The notes: a model not told the origin generated them from the letters alone. Shown: positions 45,374 to 60,624, counted from the first letter of the stretch. The stretch: 64,000 bases of DNA from Obrimoposthia wandeli (GCA_977020255.1 CDROCS010006690.1:1-64000), one strand, 5' to 3'. Numbers and translations: made by a program.

Positions 45374-47990
45374 TTGGACCAAGGACCTTTGTCGGAGGCG
45401 TTTGGACGAATTCGCAGGATCGATTCCAAGAAAGCCATCTACATTTTGGCCCCCAAAATCATTGGGTCTAAACCCAGAACCAAGAGCCAGAAGATCCTTT
45501 TACGAATGAGGACATTTGCCTTCTTGGATGAAGACGAGATCAAATTGGTCGTGCGAGAGGATCAGAAGTTGGAGATAGGGGAAAAAATGGACCCAGAAAT
45601 GATCGGACAATCGGAGAAGGTGCCACAGCTGGAGCCCTTTGTAATGGACAAGTCATTGCTGGAGGTTAGGCCTTTATTACTGTTTTTATTGCCGCCCCTT
45701 GCCGTTATCTCATATGTGCCCACAATTTTCAACTTGATTATGTTTTATTAGTAGTGGTTGATTATTCAACTGTAAGGGGTGAAGTAATGATAAAGTACTT
45801 GGTAATATTAAACTGCAGAGAAAGTTTTAAGGAACGAAGTGAGGGAGAATATATGGAGGATTTTAGAGGATGGCAGGCACGATCCGAGAAACTACCTCAG
45901 CTGGCATTGGCGGAGGCCTATAGACGAAGTCTGACACAGGGATGCTTCGCAGTGTCGGTTGAGGGCGGGGACAGCGTACATCCAAACGCAAGGATCGTGA
46001 CCCCAGGAAAAGGTGGATACAACTTTTCAAGAAGATATGAAAGAGTGGAAGAGTTAACATGGAGGTCGAGCAGTGAAGTCCGAGAGAGGAAGTGCGCGAT
46101 CAGTGGTGGGTATATGATTGGGGATCATAGGCCGACTAGAGAAGGAAGTGATGCGGGACAATACTTTTTATGCATAGGGGGACATATAAATGTAGTGCCC
46201 TTGAAACGGAATGGCACAGGAAAGAACGCAATGGAGGAGATTCAGGAGCGATATGGGTTAAAGGAGGAGAGTTGCTGGTTACAACGCCTGAGAAGGAGGG
46301 TGGAGATGGGGGAGAGCACTGGCGATGGCAGCAATAATGTCATGATGATGAGGTTGAAAGGGGGAATGTGGGAGGAAAACAATAAGAAAGCGGAGAGAGT
46401 TACGAGATTGGATATAATATTGGCTGGGGATGAATGGACGGAAGCACGGAATACAGAATAGGATTCAGACAAGAGAAAGAGGTATAGGGATATATAGGGA
46501 AGATTCAGTGACCAGAAGAACAGAGATTTGGAGCAGGCGATTGAAAACAAAGACCAACTCAAGATAAAGGATACAAAGAGTGAAATAGCAAAAGAAAAAA
46601 AAAGAATTTGAGGTTAGAAACACAAAAGAGTCAAGAGAAAATAAGAATCAAGAATTAAGAGAAAATAAGTCAGGCCAAAATGTGTGGAAGGGGCTAAAAA
46701 AGATTAGTATCCCATATTTTTTGGTGGTTATAAGGATTATGAAAGTTGGAGGGCAATATTTGGTACTGTTATCGATCAGACCAATGCGTCGAAGCAAGAA
46801 AAGATGCTGCAATTGATGGAGTATGTGAGGCGGGAACCTTACAGGTTAATTCAAAACATTGGGTTTACGGATGCAAGTTACGATGAAGCTTTAAGATTGT
46901 AGAAGAAAGGGAAAGAAATTATAGGGGTTTGATGGACGAAGTTGAAATGTTTAGAGTGATAAGATGGAGAGAAGACCAAGATCTGGACGCCTTTGTACAA
47001 TTAATAAACAAGATAGTAATCAGAGCAAGAGAAGAAGACAACAAGGGTGATCTTGGAAATGGGTTTCTGTTCAACAAGCTGTTGAGAAAGTTGCTAATGT
47101 TAGGAGTGATGGATTCGACGAAGTGGATCCAACAAAACGGGGAGAAAGAGAATGTATGTACGTTAAAGATATGGACCCAGCAAGAAAGTGAGAATCTAAG
47201 AAGAGCCAATGAGATTAATGGAAGTCGTGAGAATCAAAGAAGACGAGCCAGTGACGTTGAAAAACCCAGGAGATGGAACAATGACACACATCATTACACT
47301 CACGCATTATTAGCGAATAGTAAAGGAAATGGTAAAACGGTTATAAACCATTCCACAAAAGTCGAAAGAAAGGCAGAATGTGCAAAATGTAAAGCCAATC
47401 ACTATACTGATCAATGTGAGCAGGTTAAACAGTTGACAGTGGCAGCGAGGCAGAAGTGGGTAGAGAGAAAATATGCAAGAATTGCTTACGCAGTAATCAC
47501 ACGGTGGAGAAGTGTAGGTTTAACCAGTTATGTCGGACATATGGATGCCACGAAAAGCATTACTGGCTTCTACACAATAAAGGGGGAGGGGAAGAATAGT
47601 AGGTCAAACAATGGTAATAAAGGACAGACAACAGAAGGCACACGCATTCATAGCGTTAAGGACAGTGCCAGTGATAATAAGGAGAAAAGGAATTGAAACA
47701 TGCGCGAACGCACTTTTAGATGACGCTAGTACCCTACCATATATAAGTAAGGAATTAGCTTGCACTTTGAGAGCACGAGGTACAAAAATAGAACTGCCTG
47801 TCGGAGTTATTGGTGGTAAGGTGCGTAAGTTAGACTGCGAAGAGATAGAAGCCGAAATTAGCAGCAGAGATGGGAAAATTAAACGAGAAGTAAAGATGTT
47901 GACTCTGGAGGAAATTGCAGATAGTTTAGAAGTGATAAACTGGTCTGAAGAATCATCTTACTGGCAACATATACATAGATATTTGTGGTC
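45374..47990 (+). mobile_element. BEL/Pao retrotransposon remnant (gag, Cys-His motifs, protease)
   Basis: VPIFFGGYKDYESWRAIF...KMLQLMEY (about 46700), CAKCKANHYTDQC, a frameshifted CKNCLRSNHTVEKC...C..YGCHEKH, and NALLDDASTLPYIS. Confidence 0.75.
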
Positions 47991-48370
47991 CATGGAAAGA
48001 GACAGTAAAAAGAGAAAAGTATATTATGGCAATGATAGACCACCATAGCAAATATATAGTGCTAACAGCTATCAAACGACAAGACGAAGAGACAATTATA
48101 GAAACGATACTAAAAAGTTGGATTCTTAAATTTGGCGCACCAAAGGAGATTCACGTTGGCTGTGGAAAATGTTTTGAGGCAAAAAAAGTAAGAGATCTGA
48201 TGAAAGAAAAAGGTATTAATTTAATTTTCTCAAGCCCATATCACCAGAATACAAATGGGATGGTAGAAAGACAGTTTAGGACGATAAAAGATTTCATACA
48301 CGCGAGTATGAAAGAAAGAAACTTAACAAGTTGTGCAGAGATATATAAAAATTATTCACATGACATTTGA
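47990..48370 (+). mobile_element. Gypsy-type integrase core fragment
   Basis: MIDHHSKY...KFGAPKEI...GINLIFSSPYHQNTNGMVERQFRTIK. Confidence 0.8.
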
Positions 48371-50099
48371 ATTAGATATTATAATGGATGTGAGCTAGAA
48401 TATACAAAAAGGAAGTTCTCAAAATTTGTTTAAATATTGTAAATAAAATTTTGAATTTTGATAAGTCTTTGAATTAATGGAAACGACTAATATTAATAGT
48501 CCAATTGCGGCTAACAGTGTCTTTTACTTCATGCACTCCAGAGGAAATTGTTTGTATGACACTGCTTTGTGGTTTCCCAAGTTGTGACTGCATTTTCTGA
48601 GTATTTCCAGATTATTGTATTTTCAAGTTTAAAGAAATGAATGACAACCTCAAGATGACAACACTCACATCAAATCTATCTCTCGTCATTGCATTCATAA
48701 AGAAACTGATTATTCAAGTCTAGTGGTATATTAGTCTCAAGCGTTATAACATTTGCAAGTTTCCCTCATTAAGTGTTTTATGCTTAGTTGTAAATGGTTG
48801 CGCACGTTATGTAAACGCGATTTGCTGATCTATTATCGCTGGAAAAAATCCCAATGGACAATCAACCAATTCACATCTGATGTCGCAATCGTCAACCCCG
48901 ATATACAAGAGAAGCTAACACACCACGGTTGATGCTGTCATATATACCCGGTAGGGTTATCAACAATTTTGGATAAACAACGTTATTGAACGTTACCCTG
49001 AGTTGGCTGTAGTGCTGCAGCTACAAATTGTGGTATTTCCAACATTTTAGTTGGTTGAAAGGGGCTTTAACAAAGCAGCGGAATCGATAGCAAGTTTGGG
49101 AAAGATGCAGACTTTGTCTACTACTGACTGATATTCGACTAAATATCCCAGATTTGATTTCTAATCGTTATACACATCCATCTCATTGACATTTTATGTG
49201 GTTTGAATGTAATGCTGCCATGTCGATTTGTGTGCAATACATTAAATTAATAATAATTATGCTACATTTTTATTGCGTAGAAAACAAATCAGGTAAATAA
49301 CAAATTGATACACAGGGAGCGCTCGCCAATATTTAATTTGTCAAGAGGACGTTGAACTAAATACATCTAGGAACCACTGATATAATTGTTTGCAGGATCT
49401 AAAATTTCTAACCGAAAATTCCCTTTTAAATGATGCTATAAGCCTACCCCATGTGATGTTGTCATTAACTAAAATATTTTTGTAAGCCTCTCAGGATATA
49501 CTTTGAAATGCATTCTGAATATAGCTAATGTGAGTTGCATCCCAACCACATGCTTCGGCTTTTTTATAGTATTGCAAAATAAATTCAGTTTTAACCAATT
49601 ATAATTTATATGATTGACCATTTGTGCTTTTAATTTTGTCTCAAAAAAAGATTCATTTGCAACTATTTAAGTAGAAAGATATTATATTTAAGTATTAAGT
49701 ATACCCCCTCACCCGATGAGCAACATATCAATCAGTGTCATATATAACAATAACATTGATACTGTTCGATAACTTTAAAATTATTAATGATTTTCATCAT
49801 CACAGGCTCCTACATCCCACCCTCTAAATAGTCAACAATGATAACATAAATGACTGAAGCTTAACATGAAAGTTATTCGTAACGTTTCATACATAACATG
49901 ATTACATAAAAACACGTAAGATATGACTCTTTTTTCTAAGCAAACCTACGTGAACATTGACGTATTCATTTACGTTTTCATAAAATATTACATCATGATG
50001 AAAAAGAATATGGTCAAATGATACTATATAAGCACTCACAGAAGTGAGTTTTATTTATTATTCTAAGAAATATACTGCAAGCTTTGTAAAACCGGAGCT

Positions 50100-51250
50100 A
50101 TGAATGAGTATTCGTTCAATTAGTGTCTGACTTTTCCTTTCGAAGGAAACCATAACCCCTTTAGATAATTCCAATTTCTAGCTGCATCTTCCCTATCTAT
50201 TAAATTTAATTTGGTTGCTACTTGTTTAACCGCCATAACATTTATAAATTTACCTATCTATTTATTATAACTTTCAAATTTGAAGTTTTCCTCCCGACAA
50301 CGCATTAACTCATTTCTTCCTCTAATCGTTCATATAGGTATGGACTTCATATGGCCTTTTAAATTTATATGGTAAGCAACATTGTCACTACTAACACTGG
50401 CTGTAATGACATCGTTCAGTAGAGCATTTATCGTAACTTCTCTATGGCTATTAAGTTTTTTTTAAAGAAATTGTTCTTAGGACTACAAATTCATGTGTAT
50501 CTTGTTAAGTGAGATTTCTCATGTACATCGAACTCGTTCCCAGATTTTAAATCGTTGATATTATCTATATGTAACAGCCAAAATTGTTTGAAGATACTTC
50601 CTTCTTTAAACATAATTTTGTACGTCTACAATCTGTAGCACAATGACCCTTTTTAAACTATTATTTCAGATAGCTCTTTTTTAACCCAACGTTCCTCTAC
50701 TTTTATTTGCTTTTACGCTTCACATTGATCAGGATAGTAACTTTTACTGCATATTAAATGTTTATTACGATCTGTATTTCCTTTGCTTTTATGAATACTG
50801 ATTTCTTTCACGTCAATTTCATTCGTTTTACTAAACGTAGTATGCTTATAATCATTTTCTGTTCACATCTTTAAAACTCCTCTGAATTTCCAAAATCTTC
50901 CGTTTCTTGCTGGGCCCATTTAAACAGATTGCTACAATTTTCGTCTAAATCTTCAGATCGTATCCATCTAGTCCAATTTATTATTTCAATTTGTGGTAGC
51001 TAATTCTCTTTATCTAAATACTTTAACATGATATTAATGTTACTAACATTTCTGCAAATCTTTCTAGGTCTTTACTATCACCACATCTCACAGGCTTTAA
51101 TTTATCGATATCATCTAAAACGTTTCTTTAACCTTTACTATTTAATCGTCCAAGTGCTACATCATATGATTCGGCTAAAGTTCGTATAAATAAACCGCAT
51201 ACATTCAACCCTCTCAGCATCACTATTTCCACTTAAAAACTGATAAGCTC
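50100..51250 (-). mobile_element. Second degraded BEL/Pao gag-protease remnant
   Basis: Minus-strand DDIDKLKPVR, KGHCATDCRRTKLC and NALLNDVITAS-like fragments, with many stops. Confidence 0.5.
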
Positions 51251-52925
51251 ATCATCCAAACCAGCATTCCTAGCAAAGGAACCTAATGGAGTTGCACTAT
51301 TGCGAGCCTGAGAATGAATCACACATTGCTGCCCGCCTTGCATTTCCAATTCGATTAAGACAACTACTTATGCAGTTTCCTTTGCCACAAGAGAAACCAC
51401 AATATCAAAATTGATCCGTTTTTGTCTATGTTCAGACAGGCATTGCTCCCGTATTTGCCGCCACAATTGAATGCCGTACATTCTTCAATGCCGCGTCCAA
51501 CCGAGCCACCGCTACCTCCATCAGGCTTCACCAGGCGCCATACAGTGCCAGCCACCAGCGATCTATGACTATCCATTAGCAATAGCATTAAGTAGAACGC
51601 CACTGCACAGTTTGCACTGGTGACCGCACGTTCACCATCTTCGTCAGCACTAACTACGGTACATCCGCAGTCTAGGTCAACTCCCTGACAAGCACAGGGT
51701 CTAACTCGCAGCGTTTGATCATGGCTAAGCTGTAACCCATTCTCCAAACTCTTCAGGATTCGTTTATAATGACCCATAACCACTTTGTACGTCTCAACTC
51801 CATCTAATAGCGCTGAACGAACTTCAGCATTAAACTTCTTCACTCTCAGATTGTTTCAGTTTTCACAAGATTCAACTAAGCCACACATATTTCACATGGC
51901 ATCGACTTAACTGTCAATTTTAACGCTGCTGAGCAAGAAAATGTTATGTAATATTTACAAAGTGATGATTCAGTAAGAAGATGAGTAATGTTGTCATGTT
52001 ATTGGTGTCTCGTTGGTGCTGACCTAAAACCATCCATGATAGTTATCGATGATTTCATTTATTATTGCTTCACATCATCAATTGATTGATATATTACTCG
52101 TCGAAGGAGAGTAGTGGCCAATAACCCTCACATATCTCCACTTATATTGCTTTTCTTTTTTAAATACTTTGGGATTGAAACGTTTTGTTCATATTAACCC
52201 AACTTGAGGTTTGTATAAAGGTGACGCCGAAAGAAACACATATGGCATCAAACAATGCCTACAACTGTTTCGAGATTTAGTGGAATCTTTGGCAGAGAAA
52301 ATAAAAAACAGTACATTTTAAAATACTATAATTTATTTTATTTAACCACTATCTGTTATTTATAAATATTAAAACATAGAGAATTGGATTTAATGTATTT
52401 AATTTTGTTTTTCATAGCTTTTTACCATATGTACCCATGGTACTTTAAAAGAGTACTATTAAAAGATGAATCTTTGTTTAATTTCAATGAACATATAAAC
52501 TAGAAAAGTAATCTAATTTGATTATTAAATCAATATGGTTCGTCAGTTTGTTGTCAAAACGTTTACATAGAAGTAAATGGTTTTGAAAAGAGTTTCTGCA
52601 AAAAACTGGTGGTTCCTTTTTCTTTCAGTAAATGCTGAAACAGAACACTACATGATACAAAATGTAATACTGGCACTTAAGAGAAAATGAAAATAGTTAT
52701 TAATCATTTTTAGTAATATTTTTCAATTGTTTAAGTCAAAAGGTCGCAGTTCAATGAGGGGTCAATGGGAATAAGGTTCTTGTGTCCTACAGACACACAT
52801 CGGATTTTCGGCGACCTTGAAATGAATAGAGGCTTTATTGTAATACTTTCACTACAAAAACTGATAAAGCTGAACATGTGGAACGATGTACATTAACAAT
52901 GCAGTTAAACAGGATGGCCACTGAC

Positions 52926-53180
52926 CTTCTGTGTAAACGGTCTCGGAATTCAGTTTGCGCCCGTGGTATCGGTCCAAGAACAACGTCTGGGGATGGTGCA
53001 CCACAAGCCCGGTGAGCAGAAAGCCTACATCCTTACGGTAGAGGTACTTGTCGATTTCTACTTTCTTCTTCTCATCTGGTGCATTGGGCTCATAGCTGAC
53101 CTGACCCACCTTGACGTCAGCCACCGCTGGACGACTCATATTCGAGAGCAGGTCCTCGATACCCAGATAGAGATTCTCTC
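52926..53180 (-). CDS. IPMK: IPMK internal exon (PxxxDxKxG motif)
   Basis: ttgcag/GAGAG...GAAG/gtcagt, 255 nt. YLGIEDLL...PAVADVKVGQVSYEP...GFLLTG. Confidence 0.92.
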
Positions 53181-55855
53181 CTGCAAGCAAGTATGTGCCC
53201 CAGTATGACGTCGACCCACAGGCAGGTAGAAACGTGTCTTAACTATACATTGATCAGTAGTCCTAAACTTGTCAATAAAGATGGAGACAGTGAACACCAC
53301 TATCACATCAAATATCACTATGCTCATAGGGTCATCACAGGCCCAAAGGCATGCGTTTACCCGAGTGACCCTTCAAGCGGAGCGATGAGAATATTTATAC
53401 CGCACGTGGAGCTTCCAAGTTTTGAGTTCACAATCCATTTCGCCCTCTGAGTGGGGGTGGAGTGACAACTGACCTTTAGCTTTTGAGATTACATAGGATA
53501 AGCCCTCAAAACGAGTCCCATGCCGTTAAGAACTCACAAATAAGAAGTGAAATAATTTTCAATCCCAACGGTATGGTGCAGTAAGCAAACGTGACAACTT
53601 ATACAGTGTTAAGAAGTTTAAAAGAACATGTTGGAAAGTTCACAAGATATTCTAACCTATATAGCAGGCCAAGAATCGTAGTCACCTGCTCGAACTGGCT
53701 CTTGATAGAATTCAAGTATCCTTTCACCTAATCTTCCAATTCCAGTCCACAACCATGACAGTTGTACCATCCACCGCAAGTAAACTGCACTTGTGTGGTT
53801 GACAAGTGTATGTGTGTTTTTCAGTTTGAAAAAAAATTTAAACATGCATAGATTTTTACATTCAAGCATGAAATTTCCCTACATACAGTACATGTACAGT
53901 TTTTAAAGACACAACCACCTACTGTGATGGCAAAAATAACAGTAGTTTTGAAATCAGCACTACTATAAATTACAATAAAATTAAATTTTGTAAGACAAAA
54001 TAACGTATAGTAGCATAATCCACCATCTCTAAAACAACGGCATTCCCTTTTTAATTGAAATCTATAGAAAAAGCAAATACGAAGTAGAAGCCCAAGAACT
54101 TATCTCAAAAATAAGTGCTTTGTAAATCAACTCTTTCTTTTATTTTTGTGTGACATACTTACGACTTTCGCATATTTACTTAGGCAGAGTGTAATATTGA
54201 AGCTTTATTCAATCGTACATATGATAAGAAGCTCTGTCAGATTGTCAAACATCTGATATAAAATGAGTGAAGCTCGTCTGCGTGGTCCGCCTGAGAGCGA
54301 GGTAAACACAGTACCGGCTATTAATGGTATGTGTAGTCAGACAGCATCGATACTCAGCTCTACACGACATCGTGAGCAACGACATGATATTTGCTACCAC
54401 CACAGCTGAATGCAGCTGAATTGTTTCAAATTAAAAAAGAATACACGTAAAATATTTAAACTGAAACGTTATTTAAACATGATAGCGTAATTACAAACTA
54501 ACATTTCAATGATTTGTTAAATTTTCTCTTTAAATTTAATTACATGAAGTTTCTTTGATAAATAAATCGTAAAAATAACATAAATAAATCATGTTTAACA
54601 TAAAATAACAAAATATGTAATATATCACCAATTTCCTGGCAATATAAACTGTTGACTATAACTCGATTGAAACAAATCAAAGTATTCATTAGGAAACATT
54701 TTGATATTCCCACAGATCACAAATTGCTGTCCAATGCTGGTACTGGCACCCAAATATGGGAAATAGAATCTCACAACTGCGGAAATAATTAGTCGACATT
54801 TGCCTCGAAACACAGCAAAATGAGGCTCGCTATTGGAGAGTCAGGGCAGCGACAGGCTTATTCCTTGACAACAGTACCGTACAGATACGACGATTCCATA
54901 TGAATTTTTCCAAGCTAAAAGTTGGACATTATAATTTTTAATATACAGTATGTAAACTTTCATAAGATAAAAAGATGACATAAATTTATATAGCATCGGA
55001 ATTTATTTATCACACCTTCTTCAAAGACGCATCAACATTATTTTACAACATTTCTGAAACTGGAGCTGGGATTTTCAAAAGTTTAAAGAATTTATTTTAG
55101 ACTTGAATCGGCAGTCAATGCCTTTTAATAAGATTACGTGCAATACCGTATCTTTAGTTGAAACACTGACCAGGCAGCTTCATTAAGAATGAGTCGGAGA
55201 CGACCCACTTGTTTAATATTATGTCAATTGTAGAGCTAGAGACAAACAAATAAGATTATTTTAAATATTCGAAACGAGACAGAAATAAATGAAATCACTG
55301 GAACGAGATGCCGAAGTTCAAGTTTCGTGACAACGTTCTTGCTAGTTAAACCGTTGATACACTATTTCAACAACGAAAAGCGACGAAGTGATTGCAACAG
55401 CGCATTGTTTATTCTTTTCTAGCGAATCTTAACCATTTTTCTTGTTGTTCAAAGGTCAAAGATAATCTGAAGATAAAGCAACAACAGAATAGTTTATTAC
55501 GTCACGTTTTTTCTCGTAAATTCAAAACTTTTCTTTTCTATTATTACCTAAAACATATTTTAATAAACAAATCTGTTGAAAATGAACATTAGATTATAAA
55601 AATATAAGGAAATAAGTATTTGGTAATCAAAATACAAGGAAAATTACACACAAATATTATTCATTACATGAGCCGAGGTGTTGTTAATGAAACCAAGGCT
55701 AATTTTTGGATCTAAGTGTAGCATAGACCATATAAAATGGTTTCATACATGTCTGTGAAAATATTTCTAATCTATAATGTAAAATAAAGAACATTGGTTG
55801 CGTCTTTGATGAAAATATTACAATGAAAATATTACACTAATTAAGTGATACGAAA

Positions 55856-56251
55856 ATGAACGTCATAAAAAATTATGTAGTAAGGAAATATCTAACTACT
55901 GAGATAACTCCGAGACTTGATTTTCAAAATTCTTTACTCTTCAATACTCCAGCAAATCAATTAAATCGGTTACATAAAATTTTAAAGAAAGCCGTCCGAA
56001 TTATATTCAAATTAAAGATTGCTAGTACAAGTGAACACTTAGTGAAGGTCCATTGGGTACCAATCAATGTCAGAATTGAATTCAAGGTCCCACTTGTTAT
56101 TAGAAAAACATATTCTCTCACAAAAGCCCGACGATTTATGTTATCATCTCGAGCCCGGTGCAGTGAGTATGAATATGCATTTTATGAATATACGATTATG
56201 ACTGCAGATATATTTAAAAATTCTCAAATAACACAGGGATGGAATATTTGA
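55856..56251 (+). mobile_element. L2/CR1-clade LINE 3' fragment in an IPMK intron
   Basis: RLDFQNSLL..P...L.RL......AVRII.......S..L.KVHWVPINVRIEFK matches the post-RT region of L2/CR1 elements. Confidence 0.75.
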
Positions 56252-56640
56252 AATGTATGCTACGAATAATTATAACAATATTTAGATGGAAATAAGCAAC
56301 TGTAACCATGTTGAAAAATTCAGGCAGCTGAAGACTTTGACATTAAAAAAACAAAAAGAATAATGAAAAAAGGAAGCGCTTTTGAGTAATAAATCCAAAT
56401 TTTGTTAGAGGTAACCATAGATATATGTTGGTTTTCCTTATATTATTGTCATATTTAGTCCCGTGACTTCAAAAATAAAATCTCGTTCACTGTATCAAAT
56501 AGGGATAAATAAGGATTTCCTAAAAGTAATCCATGGCGACAAATATGAGTCAAACATCGTTTAGAAAGCCTTAACTGATTCTGAATTTGTTGACAAGGAT
56601 TATGCTTGAAACCGCAGTCGGATATCATCAGAGAACTCAC

Positions 56641-56817
56641 TTTCAGGATTGGCACACGAGAAGAGTCCTCTGTACTCGGGAATAAATTTCCGCAGCTCCA
56701 ACAAGGTCTTGTCTTGACAAAATGAGTTGAAGACTTTCTGATAGAAGAGAATCTCCTTTTCTCCTTTGGGGAAATTTTGCACAGGCTTATACAAAGTACC
56801 ATTTCCGTCGCTCAATA
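56641..56817 (-). CDS. IPMK: IPMK internal exon
   Basis: ttttcag/TATTG...GAAA/gtgagt, 177 nt. GTLYKPVQNFPKGEKEILFY...FIPEYRG. Confidence 0.9.
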
Positions 56818-59800
56818 CTGAAAATTGAAGGGGGACAATAATAAAAAAATAGTTCTTTGATTATACCAAATTTCCAAAAATAGAAATGGAAAATCCCATA
56901 ATATTCGCGACCGAGGCTACAGTTTAATGTTCAAATTATTTAACAAAAACAACGACTTGATGAGTTTACAATCAGTAGGAAACTCGTTTTATAGAAAAAA
57001 TGGGAAAGACATCAAATGTTCGTAAATTTATTAAGCACTATAAAAATATTAGATCCAATAATATTTCTAAAAAAATGTTTTAGCCTATCAATAATTGTTT
57101 TAATGTTTTTCTGATTAATTCATTTATTTCTTATCATGAAGCGTTATAATTACGTAGTTCACATTTACATGTAAAATACAGAGCTGTGAGAAAAGGCAGA
57201 AACGTGCAAAAGATTTCAAATACCATGCTTTACATTTAATTGTTTGCTAAAAGATAAGGATAAAATTATTATGTCCTTCAATCTCCGTTGTTTACTCTAG
57301 AAAGAAAACTATGGAACTACTATAGCTTTGACGATCTCAACAAATGTTTGCTTGCATCAAAACCAATCTGAGAAAGTGCATATTTGCCTCACTTTAAAAA
57401 AAGACATCCAAGATTATTCCTCAAGAAAACATTGATATTTAATCCACCAAGTTCCGTAGGGACAGAGGTCCATTTTTCACCATAAGAAAATCAGCGTCCT
57501 ATGATGTTTTAAGGAAATCAAAGTGCTACTTGTGTGGATGGTCAATGGAATGTTTGAGAATTATGTTCGTGGCATGGATAATGAAATGACACAAGCATTG
57601 TAAGGTGGTTCTGCTCATTCAATTATTGTTAACCTTGCTCAGTTCAATCGATGTTTTTTCACCGAGCATTCACTTCAAAATCCAACCATTGGATTGAAGT
57701 GTCATCTACGCTTTTAAATGCGACTACCGTCGCTCCATGACAACACACCCATTTCAGCACAAGATGCAGAAAACCAACTGAAATTGTTCAAAAAGCAATG
57801 GTCTCTAGTATCGGCAGACGCTAAAGCCAATTGACTTTTGCAATGTAATTTCCCAACATATATCCAATCACTCACTACAAGAACCCTTAGTTTTAAACCT
57901 TTTCGAGTCTCCCTCATTCGTTCCATCCCGATGTCGCTGTTAAGGAAAAGTTTTTTGTTGATGATAATTTGATCTTGTTTTTGTAAAGAAATACAAGGAA
58001 AATTATTCACAAATCGATGATGAAGCTTCAGCAAATGATGTCCAGTGTAAAAATCAATCTATGTATTCAGCAGTCGAGCTTCTCAACTCGAACGTAACCC
58101 AAATAATTGTCATTAATCATTTGTTTCGAAGGCAGTGTGTGAATAAATTTATCATAACGTAATACATAGAGTACAATGGTATTTACATACATTCTAACAC
58201 ATCACCTATTTGTAAGCGTACTACGGATTTGTACCCATTGGGTTAAAGTAAGAAACCGTTAAGGTCATTTTAATTGATAGTGAATTTAGAGGAAGTTGAA
58301 GAATAAAATTTAAATTTCCTCATAAATTCAAACCTGTTTACTTTTGAGATTTAGGCATAAGATTTCGGGGATCAATTTAAGATTGTGGATAATGACCGAT
58401 TTTTGAAATTGATATCTTCAAAAAATTCGCAATTAAGAGAAATATTTCTGGCAGAAATGATAGTTGATGTCAATGAAATCAATAAACGTATGTAAGGCTA
58501 TATTTTAATAGGTGTTTTGGAACAACTGTGTGTTTTATCCTGAACTCTAAATGATTTGTTGTCTTCGTTAACAGATCATATTAAAGTTAAATGTTTTTCT
58601 CATTTTTTTGTATCATAATTTGAGGTATTGTACAAAAGATCTGAGGATGTATTATCATTTTTAAAGATTGGGATAAGCGGCCCTGTATATTCCAAGGAAT
58701 AACCCTAGGAACACCACTGACACCTAAAGGATTGTTAATTTTCTAACCAGATAAATGCTGATGTATTATGTATACGGTCAAATTAACGGTAATTTTTAAA
58801 AGGAACATGACAAATTGTCACAACATTTTGTTACAGAATAAATTTTACTTCTAAAATGAATAGATTTTTTTTATTTCCCAATTCAAAAACACCCTTTTGA
58901 TCAAAAATTCTTCTAGTTGAAGTTCAAATACTCCTAGATTACTTTAGATATTGTATTACTTGTATGTACTAAATACTTATAAATATTTCGGTTTACTGCC
59001 ATCAGGACGATTATTAAGTTGGCACAAAACATAATGCTAATTTCATTATGTCATTTGACTTAAATATGTTATATAATACACATATACTCAGATTAAGAGT
59101 ATCACAGGGCCACCTTGTTGCCATCCCTCACTTCACCAAAGCCACTAGCTCATAATTATTGTTCTGTTCGATTTCAAAGGGTCTACCAGGACTTTCCTCA
59201 CAGCACTGATATTCTACGGCCTTTTAATTAATTATACCCATTGATAAATAGTCTTTGAAATCTTCACTAATAGTTTAGTCTTTATCTTGTTTATTTACAA
59301 AGTTCTTAATGCTTCTAAATTCTATATCATATAATTTTTTTAAAATCATCATGTGATCAAAACAAAAATAGTGTTATAAAAAATTATTTATATTTACTTC
59401 TCTTTTTTTGGGAATAAGTGTACACATTTTCAGTTCAAATTACTTTTTCTTCCTTTTGAGTCTAACTACTTAATGGGTGCATTGCAACAATGTAATTACA
59501 CAGTAACAATGATTTTAAAATTAGTCTACGACAAATTATTACAGAAAAATGTCAATACGGCAGTTTGTTATGAAAAGGGAAGGATACAATATATTCCTTA
59601 CACGATTTATAGTCTTTATCAATGGTTTGTATCGTGACGATAAGCTTATTAACCCAATAAATGTGTGACAGTCGTTTAATGGTTTGTAAGGAAAACTTTA
59701 GGACTTTCAATGCTCTTAGAGTAGCTTTTTTATCAGACATTAATACGATGGATGATACATTATTATCCCTGTCTTTCTGCACTATGTAAAAGTGTCTGAA

Positions 59801-60509
59801 GTATAAATTGCCTACAGAAAGTGTTACAAGAAAGTTACAAGGGCATCAACAAGTCACAGAAAGTCTAATGTTATTTATTTTTATCTTTACATGAAAAACA
59901 GAAAATAAATTCGGAATAATATGTAAGTTTTCTCCTAGCCATAAAATTACACAGAAAAGCGAGGCTAATATTTATTCCTATTATAATTCAATGCTCCCTC
60001 ACAAGCCAGGTCAGTTCGTCGGTGATTGTCAGGCTTTCCCACATGCACCATATGTGGCTCTTGTTTACCCACCCATGAAGTTATTTAGGATCAAACTTTG
60101 ATGTGTAAAGAAGATTGTGAAATATTTCCCGAACAAGCAAATCCAAGATTCTTTAAATCAAAATGGCTTCAATGAGTTTGTTGAGCGATGGAAAATATTA
60201 TTATATTGAAAAATAGTTATGTACATTAGTTTGGCTATTTAATATGCAATTATGGAAAATAATACTTTCTTTTTAAAAACTGCAGATATTTCTTAGTACC
60301 TCTAGTTTCTAGCCATTGCTAATCAAAAACATTAAATATCGAAATAAAGAAATAAGTCTTCATTTCAAACCAAAAACAAATGTCAAGAAAATAAAACATA
60401 TCAAATAAAATTATGATTTATTATCATTCTATAATATAATTTATTTATAACTATTATAACCTACTTTGTATGACTTCATAATAAAAGATAAGAATTTATA
60501 AATGCTAAC

Positions 60510-60624
60510 TTTGATATTTATTGTTATTCAACATTCCATGGCCGCCAACTTGCAATTGATAAAGCTCAATATTTAAAGGAAGTGGTGGACTTAAATCTAC
60601 ATATTCCGATCTCGGTTTTATGTT
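60510..60624 (-). CDS. IPMK: IPMK exon with QVGGH motif
   Basis: tttttag/AACATA...CAAA/gttagc, 115 nt. LYQLQVGGHG matches the HQVxGH N-terminal motif, and the phase joins the next exon. Confidence 0.8.

Noticed and set aside
53657-53869. Extra IPMK exon
   Set aside because: The flanking exons already join in phase with a continuous kinase alignment.
57300-58100. Coding fragment (CVDGQWN-like, ORF 57714-58034)
   Set aside because: Too fragmentary to assign.
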